Of a stretch of DNA of 64,000 nucleotides, positions 1-14,866 are shown piece after piece; the stretch's first letter is position 1; each line of letters opens with the position of its first letter. The DNA is from Eledone cirrhosa. Its lineage: Eukaryota. The stretch is from assembly GCA_964016885.1 (NCBI GenBank), contig OZ024742.1:193068001-193132000 (forward strand), given 5' to 3'. Below the pieces are notes generated by a model, which made no database searches, was not told the origin of the DNA, and saw only the letters and a list, made by a program, of their open reading frames with translations. The position numbers and the translations under genes were made by a program.

Positions 1-56
<56 letters not shown>

Positions 57-74
57 CAAACAAGGTGTGGTAAG

Positions 75-117
<43 letters not shown>

Positions 118-135
118 CAAACAAGGTGTGGTAAG

Positions 136-222
<87 letters not shown>

Positions 223-322
223 AGATAAACTAGACAATGAATTATTCATGACGATGTATTTATAATGTATTCTGCATTCAATGATATCTGACATATCAAA
301 TATTTGCATTTATATTTATCAG

Positions 323-457
323 GATAAATATGCGACGAACAACGACGAGAGAATAGAACAATGCTATAATATATTCACAGAGGATTTCAAACATGTTTTA
401 GGATGGATGTACGTGCAAAGGTATTTCATGAAAAATCGAAACGAATCAATAAAAGAG
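323..457 (+). CDS. M13 family (neprilysin/ECE-like) metallopeptidase, internal exon A
   Basis: tttatcAG|...|GTaaat splice sites, 135 nt, phase 0-0. Encodes DKYATNNDERIEQCYNIFTEDFKHVLGWMYVQRYFMKNRNESIKE, matching the M13 'R..C......lG.lYV..yF' segment. Confidence 0.85.
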
Positions 458-1090
458 GTAAATATATGTTATACTAAATATGGGTAGACATGATTTCACG
501 AATACATTGTATTTTGAAGACTACTAGAATTGAAAACCAAATAGCTATAAATGCACATCGATAAGGTTTGAGTGTTCGATCTTCGTGTAATATGTTGTTA
601 TATTAATTTTGTAAGAAATATTTCTATTTAACGTTACAAAATTAGTATGCAATTGCGGTTCTTTTCTTTCGTGATTTTTTTCTGTTTTCAGTTTTTAGCT
701 TGCAGCTATGCTGAAGCACCACCTTCGAATGTTTCTATTGATTATATAAATCTTCGATACAAATACTTTGTCTGGCACTTAATTTAGCGATCTCAATAAT
801 TAATCCGGGGTCAGATTAATTGATCTCCTATGACAAAATTAAATTTATTCGAGGATATAATACTAACCAAGTTGAAAATCGATCAGATAGACTACTGATT
901 CCTGAAATGTTTGATTATTTCCTGGGTATTTAAGAAATACGTATCCACTTTGTAGCAATAACGATGTTACTGTTGTTATTTAACCATTCTATGTACTCTT
1001 TGATTGAGTATACTTATATGTATTCCATTCGTGACCATGTCGTCCATCTCTGTACCAAGTACCACATTATTTATTATTCCCTTATATAAG

Positions 1091-1310
1091 GGCGGTGGAT
1101 GGACAGTATCAGTACTGTGTCTGACGCCATGCTTTGCAGCATAGAGTTACGGCCTTTTATTATCTGAGTTCAAATGCCACCGAGGTTAACTTTGCCTTTA
1201 ATCCTTACGGGGTCGATAAAATAAGTACCAGTCACGCTTTGGGGTCGATTTAATCGACTTTCCCTTCCCCAAAAACTGCTGACCGTGTGCTTATATAAGA
1301 AACTATTATT
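1091..1310 (+). mobile_element. tRNA-derived SINE with Nin/Deu-like core
   Basis: A-box-like ggcggtggatggacagtatc, B-box gagttcaaatgcc, core ctttgcctttaatccttacggggtcgataaaataagtaccag, (att) tail. tattattc(c/a)cttatataa occurs on both sides (TSD-like). Confidence 0.8.
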
Positions 1311-1417
1311 CACTTATATAAACCGATAGGGTGGGATTGCTGGGATATTTAGTAAAACTATTGTAAATGATTTAATATGGCACATTAATTTATTAGAACA
1401 TTATTAGATATATTTTG

Positions 1418-1597
1418 TAGATTGGCAGTATCGCTAGAGGGTCGGACGCCATGATTTGAGTTACGGCTCTTGCCATTCTGAGTTCAAATCCCGCCGAGGT
1501 TAAATTTGCCTTTCATCCTTACGGGGTCGATAAAATAAAGTACCAGTAATGTACTGGGTAATTGCTGGCCTTGTGCCAAAAGTAGAAATAATTATTA
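1418..1597 (+). mobile_element. tRNA-derived SINE, same family
   Basis: gagttcaaatcccgccgagg...tttcatccttacggggtcgataaa...gctggccttgtgccaaaagtagaaataattatt. Confidence 0.8.
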
Positions 1598-3438
1598 GAT
1601 ATATTTTGTATGGAAAAAATATTTCCTTAAAGCGATGCTCCCTGGTTCTTCGATTGTTTCCTTTAAAATTGTATAAGATTTCCGTGACAAAAATATGTTT
1701 AAGAAATATTGGTCTAAGGAATATTTATTGCTAATTGAGTTGCAAATACGTCACAGTAGAAAAAACAGATTTTGCTGGTTGAATCTGTTAAACTGAACTA
1801 GCGTAATATATTTCATATATGAATGTACTTTTGATTTCATTTCAAACTCATCATATATCTTTCTATTTATATCATAATTATTTTAATTCACACTTTGGTA
1901 CATTATATATAATTAGAAAAATACAGGTTAAAATAGTGTAGTTACTTTCTAAATTTAAACTAAATTCAATATATAAGGGCAAACATGAAATACAAGAATT
2001 CACTACATTTTATTTATAAATTGTATTCCGATGATATTTATTATTTTTGGAAAGTTAATATATTAATTTACAAGATTCTCAACGAATCACCTTTGCCAAG
2101 AGTTCATTAAAATCACTTAATAATTCAACTAAATTTCAACAGCTCTCAATTATCTATCTTTAAGTATAACACGTAATTTCAACGAGTTGACATCGTCCTC
2201 TAGTGTTCCACATATCAACACTATTCACGGGGATGGTTGCAACATTACTTCCATTTAAGCTCGTAACTAAATGTTTTCGTTAATTACTAAGTTCCTGTTA
2301 ATTATCGTAAAATCTAATATATTCAGTAGAGTGCATCTGCTACTTAAAACATTCTTGTAACTTTATTTCAGAAAGCATTGTAATCAAATTAGTTTAACGG
2401 TTTATTTTTTCTTAACAACACGATCAATCGCCAAATTAATTTTGCTTTTAGTCCACAGCATATTTTCTGAAAATCATTATTTTCACCGTATTTATTTCTC
2501 CACACATGTAATATCGTTCAAACTAATGAAGCTACTTGCGAAATATGCTGCCGTAATGCCCATTTGTAGTCATTTATACGTGGGCACAAAACCCGGGTCA
2601 GGCAACACTGTGTGGTTCGGGCGTTCGCTTCCATCTCCGCATGAATTTGATTGTTCTATTACGCAGCACTTTAGGTGAATAATTTTAACTATAATTGCAT
2701 GCCGAACCAAGCCTTATGCATGATGAACATATAGAGAAAAACTGTATGGACACCTGCCACATGAACTACATCATAGCTTTATGCATTAGACACATTTGAC
2801 ATTCGATTTAACATCACCGCTTGATGCCAAGTTATATTTCATAAGAATCCGTTGCGAGCATTTCCATCAGACAGCCAGTCTACGAATAGTTATATACCTT
2901 GATGCTCTTCTCCCTAATTCATCTAACAAGCAGTTGCAGTTTCGTCGTTCCTTTTCTCTGAACAGTCTCAGCAGCCGTACGAATGTTGACGTTCTTTCTC
3001 TGACTAAAATATAAAAGATATTGAACCAACAACACTAGTTCGCTTTAAAATATTACATCATAAATATTTTTCTGTTTGTCACACTCTCTCTATTTTATAT
3101 ATATATATTGTGCGTATTTTGTCTGGTTATGGGAAAATCAATAATCGTTAAAAAATCATCTATAATATTAAATGTAAAAATGATTGGTTATCAACCACTT
3201 CTATACAATCACACAATTAGTTGAATACGAAATCATGTTAAAAATATTGTGTGAGCAAGTGTTCTTATTATTAAGCTTTGTGTGTTTCTATTGTTATAAT
3301 GTAAATAAATGAGATTGAAAATATATATTACAATCTGAATATTGGTTTATGCTATTAATGTATCATTTATTTCCTCTATTGAATTATGAATATATATATA
3401 TATTAATATATATATAATGTAATTCTATTTCATATTAG

Positions 3439-3537
3439 GTGACAACAATAACTAACTACATAATAAAAGCTGTCCATAAACTGTTACAAAATAATAAATG
3501 GCTTGGAGAGAAAAGCAAAACAAAAAGTTTGGAAAAG
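3439..3537 (+). CDS. M13 metallopeptidase, internal exon B
   Basis: catattAG|...|GTatt, 99 nt, phase 0-0. Encodes VTTITNYIIKAVHKLLQNNKWLGEKSKTKSLEK, matching the M13 'I..aF...l....Wm...tk..a.eK' motif; continues exon A in frame. Confidence 0.85.
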
Positions 3538-4230
3538 GTATTATGTTTATTTTTACAGTAAATACGAATTTTAACACAAATATATCAATGTTATTTTTAA
3601 TGTGTTCTTGCTAAATTAATACAGTTTGTCTGGACAACAAACACAACTTTATTTTGTCTGGAGCTATATTAAATATGCGCCGATATGGCTGAAACCTTAG
3701 GAGCGTCGGATAAAATACTTCACGGTATTCCAATCTGCTCTCTGTGCTGTATGAAATCCTACCAGTACTAGAATCGTGTTTCTTCTTCTTCTTCTTCTTC
3801 TTCTTGGGAGCGTCGCAGGGGCAGACTCATCAAGCATGACTTCCAAATGACCCGACTGAATCCTCAAACGAGACCAACCCTGCTTATGCATGTTATGCAA
3901 CCATCTTGTTTCTTATTAAGAAAATAATTTAATACAACATATTCATATAGTTGTCAGTGTTATAGAACATGGATAAAGGACATTTTCTAGGAGGTACACT
4001 TATCTTGTTTAGGATTAATGAAGCAATGATTGATGAAGCGAAGAAAGAAACGCTAAATGAATTGAGAAACCTAGGACAAAAGAAATAATAGAGAGATGAA
4101 ATCGGTTCTTGTCAAACCAGAAATAATGTAGGCACCCACGACTACATTAGGAAAATAGGGATATGTAACTAGCGATCAACTACAATTAATATCAATGACT
4201 GAACTTGTCTCTGGGAAAATAGGAAACAGA

Positions 4231-4393
4231 TTAAATCGACCCCAGGGAATTACTGGTGCTTTATTTTATCGACCCCGTAAGGATGAAAGGCAAAGCTAAC
4301 CTTGGCGGGATTTAAACTCAAATCGTAAAGAGGCGCAACTCTATGCTAGAAAGCATATTGTCGACGCTCTATCGATGCTGCAAATCTACCGCC
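4231..4393 (-). mobile_element. tRNA-derived SINE, same family
   Basis: Reverse complement of the core (ttatcgaccccgtaaggatgaaaggcaaag) and of the head (ctaccgcc). Confidence 0.75.
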
Positions 4394-5708
4394 GTGAAGC
4401 AGAAAGTAATTGCAAAACTAACTAACACCCAATTCGTCATGGACGCTTCATTATCTCGCTGCACTGAGCTCTGTTTACTTAGGCCAGATACAATGTATTT
4501 TCAGTGTCAGCACCAACCTATAATGTTATCAGTTTGAAATTATAAAAATTGGTGTTCATTTGACTATTTTATAGTTTTATTTTATGTTATAAAACGTTTT
4601 CAGTACAAATGTATACGGCCTTACTTTGTCTTGCATATCTATGAAGTAATTACATGTAATATAATCCTGGTTTCTACAATCCTGGATTTGTAGATTTGTG
4701 TCATTTAAAGTCTGGCCAGTGCAAACATATCGAAAATCCTAGGACAAACATATTGTTTTGTATTATATGAATAGCTGTTTTTATCATAGTCCTTTTGTAG
4801 AAGTACAAATAATTTGTTAATTATTTCGGGCCCTACTTATAGTACATACATAGTCTTTTAAAATTAATTGATAGTATGTATTTTATAGAAAGAAGTTGAC
4901 AGCAAGAATTTGATAGTGAATATTTGAGAGGAAGCATTTGCTTTCAAAGAAAAAATTATGTTACAAATAATGTTCGGCAGATTATTAATTTCACATTGAG
5001 TGTTCAAGAAGAAAAATAGAAGGGATTCAAAATAATTATATCAAAACACAGCGCCATCTTAAGTGTGTTCAATAATTGATTTAATCTTCGGTTTTGTATT
5101 TTGGAGGCGTTAATATCTGTTGATGCAGCTGGAGGAAAATCTTTCTTCTCTTATACAGATTAATTTTTCTTTATTTCACTAGAAATAACAATCGCAAGAT
5201 AATCTAGTTCACTACTTTAGGTAACTTTGTCTTTTTAAGACACATTCACACATGAATTCTTTAGAATGAATTCTTTAGAATGATCGTAAAAAAATGATTA
5301 TTTCTTTCTGAAAACCGAAATTTCTCTGGCGGTCGTATTTAATGTTAAATGCCATCAAAATATATTGAATACATTTAAAAAGGAAATACTTCAAAACTCC
5401 ACCACAAATACGCCCCGATAATTGAATCATATGCTGTGTAACCTATTATCCCATGTGGTTAAGTGTCTAAGGTAAGTGACACAGGTTGTTGACGAAGCTC
5501 ATAGACAATAAAGTCTTGTAAATTTGTTTCGATTAGCATAGATCGCAAACTGAAGGTTTCATATAATGGAAAACTTCAGTAAAAGTGAAGTAGTTGTAAC
5601 TGTCATTAGAGTAGTATATAAAAATCTATTTTGATTTGCAATAGTATATAAATATAAACATATATATGTATATATATATATATATATTATATATATATAT
5701 ATATATAT

Positions 5709-5875
5709 AATAGGAACCAGTAAGACCCCGACAGCTGAGCTCAAGCCGTTTCGACGAACGGCTTGAGCTCAGCTGTCGGGGTCTTACTGGTTCCTATTAC
5801 CCACTCTACTACCTCAAGTATTGAGTACTTTGGTGCGTTATGGTCGACCTGGTTCCTTACCACATTTCCTTCGTT
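5709..5875 (+). repeat. Fold-back hairpin element, copy 1 (centre deleted), inserted in (TA)n
   Basis: Inverted arms of about 42 bp (5709-5798) plus an ~80-nt tail shared with the copies at 23721, 25836 and 59930. Confidence 0.85.
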
Positions 5876-5917
5876 ATATATATATGTATATATATATATA
5901 CACACACATATATATAG

Positions 5918-5948
<31 letters not shown>

Positions 5949-6237
5949 GATAATCTACCAAAATATACGGTAGTGTCCAATCCGTATGAAGAACTCAATG
6001 TAATCCAAATATCATGAAAAGAGAAGATGAATTCAAAAATTTTCGATAAAAATCATTGGAAAACAGAGGCAAGATAAATTAATAAAAAGAATGAAATAAA
6101 AACAAAGAACAAATTCCTCATATTAAAAATTCATCATTTTACGATCGTTTCTAGGATATATATGTGTGTTGGTATGTATATCATATGAACTTGTTCTTTG
6201 TTTTCATTTCATTGTTTTTATTAATTTATATACATAC

Positions 6238-6329
<92 letters not shown>

Positions 6330-6479
6330 ATACTTTGGGAGGGTCATGTTGCCAATAAGAAACACATGCACCAGTTGGTTTCACTTCAATTTATTATAAT
6401 AAATTTATAATAAATTTATAAATTTATAAATTTCTGGTTGGTTGGTTGGTTCCACAACCAGATAGTTGTTTATATATAT

Positions 6480-6524
6480 AGTCATAGTTCTTTCGTCACA
6501 CACTCTGTGACCTCTTCGGTGACT
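6480..6524 (-). ncRNA. Minimal type I hammerhead ribozyme motif in the family A pLTR
   Basis: agtca-CCGAAGA-ggtcac agagtgt gtgac-GAAA-gaac-UA-tgact; U4C core variant. Confidence 0.6.
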
Positions 6525-9130
6525 GGGGATTCCTTCTTTTGTTTCTGTGCCTCTCCTTTGTGCTGTCCTACGCCATTTTGTTTCTGTGTGTGTGTGTGTT
6601 GTGTGCTCAGTCTGCGCATGCGCCACATCCGGGTGTCTTTGTGTGTTTACGTTCATTTATTTATTTGTTTATTTACATGTTACTGGTTGGTTGTTTGTTC
6701 TATGTGTGTGTGTGTTTTCATTTTGTCCTTAATTGTAAGTTGTGATGTTGCTGTTCCACTCATATTTTTTATTTAATTTTGGTTGTAATTCTTTTATGTT
6801 TATTGCCTCTGTAATTTGTCTAAACATTGCGTCTTTTCTGTGTGTAGATTCTATTTTTATTTCTATGTTCTCTAATTTACCCTTGTGTTCTATTTTAGCA
6901 TGTTCGTAGAGTACATATGATTCTTTATTATCTTGAAGGTCTTGCCAGTGTTCATTTATCCGTTCCCCTACACTACGAGCTGTCTCACTTATGTACACTA
7001 TATTTTTGTCTCTACATTGTCCTTCAGTACATCTTATGCTATACACTACATTTCTACATTTACAGTTAATATGGGGGCTTATTTTACAGGTTATACATTT
7101 CTTATCTATACATGAGGGTCTTTGAAAAGGGTATGTCTTGCTAATAAGTGTTTTTATGGAGGTACCTGGTCTTTCTACTATCTTAATATTGAGTTTATGT
7201 TTATTTAGGGCCCTTCTAAATTTGTAAGCTAATTCACCTCTAGGGGTTGTATCGATGAACATTACACTCTGGTATTTATTGCTATCATACCATGAGTTTA
7301 TTCTATTAGCCTTCTTCCTAGTTCTTTCTATTCTATTCCAAAATTAGCTCCTATACAAGGGGCAGGTCCCATTTATGTCATTATTTACCATTTTTTCCCA
7401 TTTGGTTCTGGCTCCTCTATACACTCTGATTTTATCTCTCTGATTGTAGCCAGAGAACTGCATACGGTGGATGAAGTGTTGTATGTGTCTCTCTAGTTCT
7501 TCGGGGTTGCACATCGGGACACATTTCTCATCACCCGTACCAAATCCGCAATCAGTATGTTGATTTTGGTATGGTCCGAAACGGCCGAGTTTCGGTGGAT
7601 CAGATGTTTGGAAGTCATGGGTTTGGCATAATGGGAATGCAGGATTGTTTTTTGTTGTTAATGGTATCTAACCAGAGCTCTGTGTCTAGTACAGGTAATC
7701 GATGGTTGGGGTGTTTACTTGGGTAGTCTATAGTAACTCTAATGCTCTGGTGGATGGAGTTTGCTATTTGCTGGATGCTTTCCATTGTGTTTTTCTCTAC
7801 CTCCTGACTGTTCTCTAGTGGGGGTGTCTTAACTACGATGTTTATATCATCTACATAGCGGGAGTACATTATCAGGGTTAAGGGGTCTTCTAATTGTTCT
7901 TTAAATTTAAGTTTAAGTCTACTGTCCCACCATACCATGAATAAGTTAGCTATGTCGCCTGCAATTCTAACACAAATGGCTGCTCCTTCCTCTTGGGCAT
8001 ATGTTTTTACATTAAATTTGAACATATGTTCCTTAAGGGTTAGTTTTATGCTGGCCCCTACCGCATGTGCAATCATTTTCTTCAGTCCATCGTGGTTTTC
8101 GGGTGTCCGTATGGCTCTGGTCCACCCGTTCCATCTATCTGTGTGGGTTTTCTTGGCCATTGAGGTAATGGTAGGTGGTCTGCCTCTTGCTGGTCTTGTA
8201 GGGCACAGGTTGCTAAGGTCATATGTGTCTAGGTAATTATTACTATAGGTAAGCTTAAGTAGGAGTCCCAGCTCACTGGTATCAATCCCACGGAACTCAA
8301 CCTTGCTCTCACTGATCATTTCTACGCATTTCTCCACAGAGAAATCCACGTCAATAGATGGATACAGGGACACAACATCCATACTGCCTATTATGCAGTT
8401 TGTTAGGTCCCCAGATCGGTTACTCACGCCGATTCTGCTGAGGAGGTCCTCCGTGCTGTCACATACATCTGGGGACATTTCAATGATGGGGCGTATGATC
8501 AGGGAGAGGAAGTAGGACAGTCTGTAGTTACTAGCAATGTTAGCTCCACAGACTGGCCGTGTTGGTGGTCCCGCGACAGCGTCACAGCCCGTTTTATGGT
8601 ATTTTCGAAGCCCATACAACGCCAGCACGTCATTGTTCCAGGCCTGGAAGTTGTTGGCAGTCCTTTTGTTGGGCTGCATTATATTCGTCCACATCACCAT
8701 ATGGGCATTGCGGGCTTTTTCTCTATCCTCATGCTCTTGTGGTGTTGCCTCTCTTGTGTTAGTGATGTGGGGTTGCATTGCCTGGATGTAGTTTGGCAGG
8801 CTGTCAACCGACATTCTGCCAGACTTGTCTGTTGGAAAGCATGCTATCTCTCCATTACGTGAGCGCTGCATGAGCTTACGGAAAATAGAAAATATGAGTG
8901 GAACAGCAACATCAAAACTTACAATTAAGGACAAAATGAAAACACACACACACACATAGAACAAACAACCAACCAGTAACATGTAAATAAACAAATAAAT
9001 AAATGAACATAAACACACACAGACACCCGGATGTGGCGCATGCGCAGACTGAGCACACAACACACACAGAGAAACAAAATGGCGTAGGACAGAACAAAGG
9101 AGAGGCACAGAAACAAAGAAAGGAATCCCC

Positions 9131-9175
9131 AGTCACCGAAGAGGTCACAGAGTGTGTGACGAAAGAACTATGACT
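9131..9175 (+). ncRNA. Minimal type I hammerhead ribozyme motif in the inverted family A pLTR
   Basis: agtca-CCGAAGA-ggtcac...gtgac-GAAA-gaac-UA-tgact. Confidence 0.6.
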
Positions 9176-9393
9176 ATATATAAACAACTATATGGTTGTG
9201 GAACCAACAGACCAACCATAAATTTATAAATTTATAAATTTATGAATTTATTATAAATTTATTATAATAAATTGAAGTGAAAGCAACTGGTGCGTGTGTT
9301 TCTTATTGGCAACATGACCCTCCCAAAGTATAACAATATCGGTTTCAACACACGATTTCAGATAAAGAATCTTGCTAAACAAATTCAGAAACG

Positions 9394-9524
<131 letters not shown>

Positions 9525-9559
9525 AAAGAATAGATGTGTAACACACGAGTTATGATATA

Positions 9560-11966
9560 TTGGTAAACGGAAAAGAAAATGCTGACAAATTGTTCCCAGT
9601 GAAAAATAGTTTAATTAGGAATAAGTAAAAATTAGTAATAGTATTGGTTAGTATTCAGTTTTGGTTTTAAGTTTTACCGGTTGCGCATTTCTAATGCCTT
9701 TCAAAAATAATTTTGAGATAGAGCGCCCGTGATGTTTGCTCTGATCTGATTAGTTTTGGAAATTCTACCTGTTTTATGTGAAAAAAAGTGGCTCCAGATG
9801 TATTAAAATAAGTTTCGCGCCAATTCGTGTTGCAAAAATTCTTGTGGTCAAAACAATTTTGATAGTTCGGTAGAGGTCATGTGAATGTTAAAAATTGATT
9901 TTGCGCCAAATGTAGGTTTGTGTCGGCTGATTGAGAAGTCACTGAAAAATAAGTCTTTCAAAACAAATATGTGTGTGTGTGTGTAGCAGTAGTAAAGAGG
10001 TTCGTTGTTGTGATAATGGTCAGCAGGGATGTGTGTGCGAACTGCAGCCTGTTGACAGTTCAAATGCCTATTAAGACAAGTGTGTGTGTGTGTGTATATA
10101 TATGTGTGTGTGTATCAGAGTAATTCGTGGTAGAGGGATGGTCAGTAGAAATGCGTCTGTACGTGTGTGGGGAATATTTTAACAGGTTAAAAGATATTTT
10201 TCAGCTCTTGTCTTATACGGAGAAGTGTGTGTATATGTCTCTTTGTATGTTAATGTACGCGTGTGTATGTGTGAGTGTATATATATGTGTGTGTGTGTAT
10301 ATATGTGTCTGTGTGTGTGAGAATGTGTGTGTGTGTGGGTGGACCAGTATTTTTGTGATATTGGTAAAAATGGTGTACATTATTTGATATTTTCAGTAAA
10401 AACGATTCTCTCAATAGAACATCAAAAACCTTAATAATAAAAGGTGTGAAATGATATATAGTGTTGGCATAATACCAAGGTGTGTGTGAGTGTCCAGATT
10501 GTACGTACTGCAAGGGGAATCCATTAGGCCTTGCCGTATTGGAATACTTGTGTATAAATATGTATGTGCAATGCATGTGTGCGTTTATGTATGTGTGTGT
10601 ATCGGCACGTTTATATCTATAGACATCAAAAGATATGCAAATTTGTGTATATTTGTGTTGCACCATAGAATATGTGTGTTTACATATGTCATTGTGTTTA
10701 TATATGGATAGAGATGTATGCTGATGTAGGTATGTATGTTGACCTGTGTATGTTGTGGGTTCGTCTTAGGGAGAAGTGTTTAGACGGGGTCCGTATTTGT
10801 TAATAAAGTGAGATTCCTTGCTGATGCGCTGGGTGTGGGTGACATTACCTTTAAATTTGTAGAGGGGAAAGATTCTGAAGTAGGGATGATTTTGGGCGGC
10901 ACAAGTATCAATGTGTTCACTCAGTGGTATTTTCCTGTATTCCCGTATTTTAATTTGGGATCTATGGACAGTCATGCGTTGGCGGAAGCTGTTTTCGGCC
11001 TATGTATTGTTCTCGACAACCTGAGCAAGTTAATACATATATTAGATTTTCTGATGCGCATGTGAAATTGTGTTTTACTATAAAACGTTGTCCTTATTTG
11101 AAATAGAATTCCGAACCCTCTATTAGGTTGATGCATATGCCACAGTTGGGTCTATTGCATTCTTTTACTATGGGTTTCGTTGTTGTGGTTGGCAGTACTT
11201 TGGCATGTGTTAGGATGTTTTTCATTGACTTAGATTGTCTTTTGCTCTTTATGATATCCTGTGTTCGTAGGATTTGGTTCATTCTATGGTCCTTTTTCAA
11301 CACAGGGATGTTCTGGAGGATGGTGTCAAAGGCCTCATTGTTGAGAGGGTTATGTGTGGAGAGGTATGGAAGAGCTTTTAGTTTCGGCTGATTTACTTTA
11401 GGGTGTCTAAGGTTCTGGGTACTGTGTTTTAGGGCACGTTGGATTCCATTGTCAATTAGTGATGCAGGGTAGTCCCTGCCTATGAGTGTGTCCTTTAGTT
11501 CTTGTAGCCGTAAGTAGCAGGTGTTTTTATTGGAGACTATAGTACAGATTCTCTTGGCTAAGTTGTAGGGAATATTAATTTTAATGTATCTAGGGTGGCC
11601 AGAGTTGAAAGGAAGATATTGCCTGGAGTCTGTGCGCTTGTAGTATATGTCTGTTTCTATTTTTTTGTTATGGATCTTTTTGACCACAAGAATTGTTGCA
11701 AAACGAATTGGCGCGAAACCTATTTTAATACATCTGGAGTCACTTTTTTCACATAAAACAGGTAGAATTTCCAAAACTAATCAGATTAGAACAAACATCA
11801 GGGGCGCTCTATCTCAAAATTATTTTTGAAAAGCATTAGAAATGCGCAGCAGGTAAAACTTAAAACCAAAACTGAATACTAACCAATACTATTACTAATT
11901 TTTACTTATTCCTAATTAAACTATTTTTCACTGGGAACAATTTGTCAGCATTTTCTTTTCCGTTTA

Positions 11967-11970
<4 letters not shown>
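9560..11970 (-). mobile_element. Penelope-like element family B (Neptune-like), 3' fragment with inverted pLTR at ~11680-11970
   Basis: RT thumb DIYYKRTDSRQYL..SGHP...NIPYNLAKRI, Cys linker CNRPNCGIC, decayed GIY-YIG at 10766-11090. 11680-11970 is the inverse of 9560-9850. Confidence 0.88.
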
Positions 11971-12025
<55 letters not shown>

Positions 12026-13074
12026 CCAGAAATAGCCATCGAAATGCCTTCGTGGCCATATTTTTCCTATATATATATATGTATATACAAACATAAATTA
12101 TCGAGATTCGCATTCCGGCCCACGAAATAACGAAAAACAACCTCCGAGATGTGCGGCAAGTGCTAAATGATTCAGATGAACCAGAGCTATAACAAACCTT
12201 AAAGGCCAAACACACTGAGACGATGGTTAAACAATCATTCGCATAGCCAAAAAAACGATCAAGTAATTCGGGTATTGAAAATTTCCTCGGACCCGTGGAG
12301 GGTTGGTAAAATCCAGTATATGGGTTTCTGAGGCTCCTAAATCAAGTACCGTCCGCTTACATAAATTATTTCAGGCTTCTGGTAAGATGATTGAACAAGG
12401 AAGCCACTTTCTCAACAACAGGTTTTAGTTCAATGTTAATACAAGGACTGACTATTGCTGACCCCACGTGGGGATCGGCAAGGGAGGCAACCCCTATATC
12501 AGGGGACAGAATTCAGTTATATATATATATATATATATATGGCTTTTGAAATTGTTTTTCTTATCTGAAAATGTGTTTTGAAACATATATTGCTATACTT
12601 TGGGAGTGACATATAACAATATATTCAAATATCTCTATACATATACGTGTTGCATGTGCGTCTGTCTGCATGTGTGTGTGTGAATGTATATTTGTGCGAG
12701 TGGGTGTGTGAGTATGTGTGTATATACATAATTAACCTTTACATTAACCAGTTTCGCTCTGCCTAGCTTTTCAAAGTTTCGTTTTGGTTTGGTTTGGTGC
12801 TGAACATATTTTCCTCATAAAGTTATGTAGGTGCCGTGTTGGGTATATCCTTCACCTAGTGCTATTTGTCACCTATGTTTTTCCAAAAACAAGGGACGCA
12901 ACTGATTGCATCTTTGTTGCCGTTTATGACAAAAAGAATTAACATCCATAACTATGAATTTGCACAGTAAAGTGTGCATTTAATTCATCAGAGATAAACC
13001 AGAGTTACGCCCCTCGTCACGAATTGCACAGATTTGTTTAGTTTTATAAAATTTAGATTGTCAACTCTCCCCCC

Positions 13075-13119
<45 letters not shown>

Positions 13120-13919
13120 ATATATATATATATACACGTGTGTGTGTGTGTGCGTGTGTGTGTAGATGTATGATGAAGTATGAAACGAGGTTTTCCATTG
13201 AAGTTTTTACTAATTAGACTGAGTTACGAACGTTTCAGAGATGAGTGGCTCAAGATCCCTGTTTGTATTATAGACCCAACTCCAGCCTGAATATGCGCAT
13301 CAGACTTGTAAAACAGACAGAAACCTCTGTATAGGCATAAACTGCTTCCTGACAATTTCAATCTACCAAACTTCATTGACAACGTTCTATAATAGGGCAA
13401 ACATGCTCAAATGAGTCACACATTGAAATGAAAACATCAGTTATGTCCCTGCTAAATTATCATGTTATGCCACACGACTATTTACAGACACTGTAATGAT
13501 AAGAAGCAAATGGTAGCTGAAAAAACTCAAAACATAAGCAATACAAATCAATACCACAATGAATTTAATCATTTTCCTTTTCTCCCGTCGTATTAAGTAT
13601 TGTGTCGGTTCCAAAGATGGTATCACCAAAATAATAAGGTTCCTTCTGTTCAAAACAAAAGGACTATAGAAAATATTATAATTTTCAATCATGCTTATCG
13701 AATATTATATTTCTTGTCATTCATTCGTGATTTAGCTAATTATTTTATTGTATTATTTTATCTTATAAACTGGAATGTTTCCATGAAAACAAAAACCTGT
13801 TCAGTCGTTTTGATAATTGCATGTCGTATTTGCTAAGATATATTCTATTACCCAATATAGAGACATCTAAATAAATATGTCTGTTATATCCACTTATCAT
13901 CCTTCCCATTATAAAACAT

Positions 13920-13979
<60 letters not shown>

Positions 13980-13980
13980 G

Positions 13981-14036
<56 letters not shown>

Positions 14037-14057
14037 TATATACACACATATATATAT

Positions 14058-14118
<61 letters not shown>

Positions 14119-14202
14119 ATAACCATTAATATTTATATACGAAATTATCTGTTAAACTAAACATTTTTTATATAATATAATATTATTCTGCTTCAATTTT
14201 AG

Positions 14203-14280
14203 CTTCAACAACTTGTGAAAATAATAGGATTCAATCCAAAGACGATGACTGCTACAAATGTAAATGACTTTTTTCAAGGG
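14203..14280 (+). CDS. M13 metallopeptidase, internal exon C
   Basis: caattttAG|...|GTaagg, 78 nt, phase 0-0. Encodes LQQLVKIIGFNPKTMTATNVNDFFQG, matching the M13 'l..m...IGyp......l...y' segment. Confidence 0.8.
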
Positions 14281-14454
14281 GTAAGGTTGTATTTATACAT
14301 TCGTGTTAATAGAAATGATCATTCGTAAATTTCTCCATAAGTAAGCAGGTGTTGAATTTGTTTATGCAAGCAGGAGGCAATTTAGTATGACCAAATCACT
14401 TTTATATAAACTCACACACGGTTACACACATAGACACACACATGCGCAATCACA

Positions 14455-14508
<54 letters not shown>

Positions 14509-14817
14509 GTGTGTGTGTGTGTATATGGGTACATATGTGTGTGGAAGTGTGTAACGTTTTCATATATAAAACTGTCAAAGCTAAATCTACTCTGATTCAC
14601 AGCTAACGCTTCTCGCTGGGAATGTTTCCTTTGTGTGTGTTACAAATGAATTTATTGAGCTGATTGTAAGCAATCAGTTTGAAATCTTCGTATATTGATT
14701 AAAACCTTATATATTATGTGTGTGCGTGTGTGTGTGTTTGTGTGTATGCCGGGTTCAATCGGTGTTCACTAGAGTGTATAAATACAGAGCAGAGTATAAA
14801 TATTTAATATAGAAATG

Positions 14818-14866
14818 GCTTCTACAGGACTAGAACAGTTTCATTCGTATGAAATCATACAGGAAC
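14818..14866 (-). ncRNA. Degenerate hammerhead motif of the 50530/57308 family
   Basis: gttc-CTGTATGA-tttcatacgaat-GAAA-ctgttctagtcctg-UA-gaagc; 1-nt insertion in the core. Confidence 0.4.

Noticed and set aside
7615-9108. N-terminal ~75 aa of the 497-aa RT ORF
   Set aside because: Read-through from the inverted pLTR; RT homology starts at ~8881.
13763-14126. Many YIYIYI / CVCVCV / THTHTH ORFs here and throughout the window
   Set aside because: Translations of (TA)n and (CA)n microsatellites, not genes.
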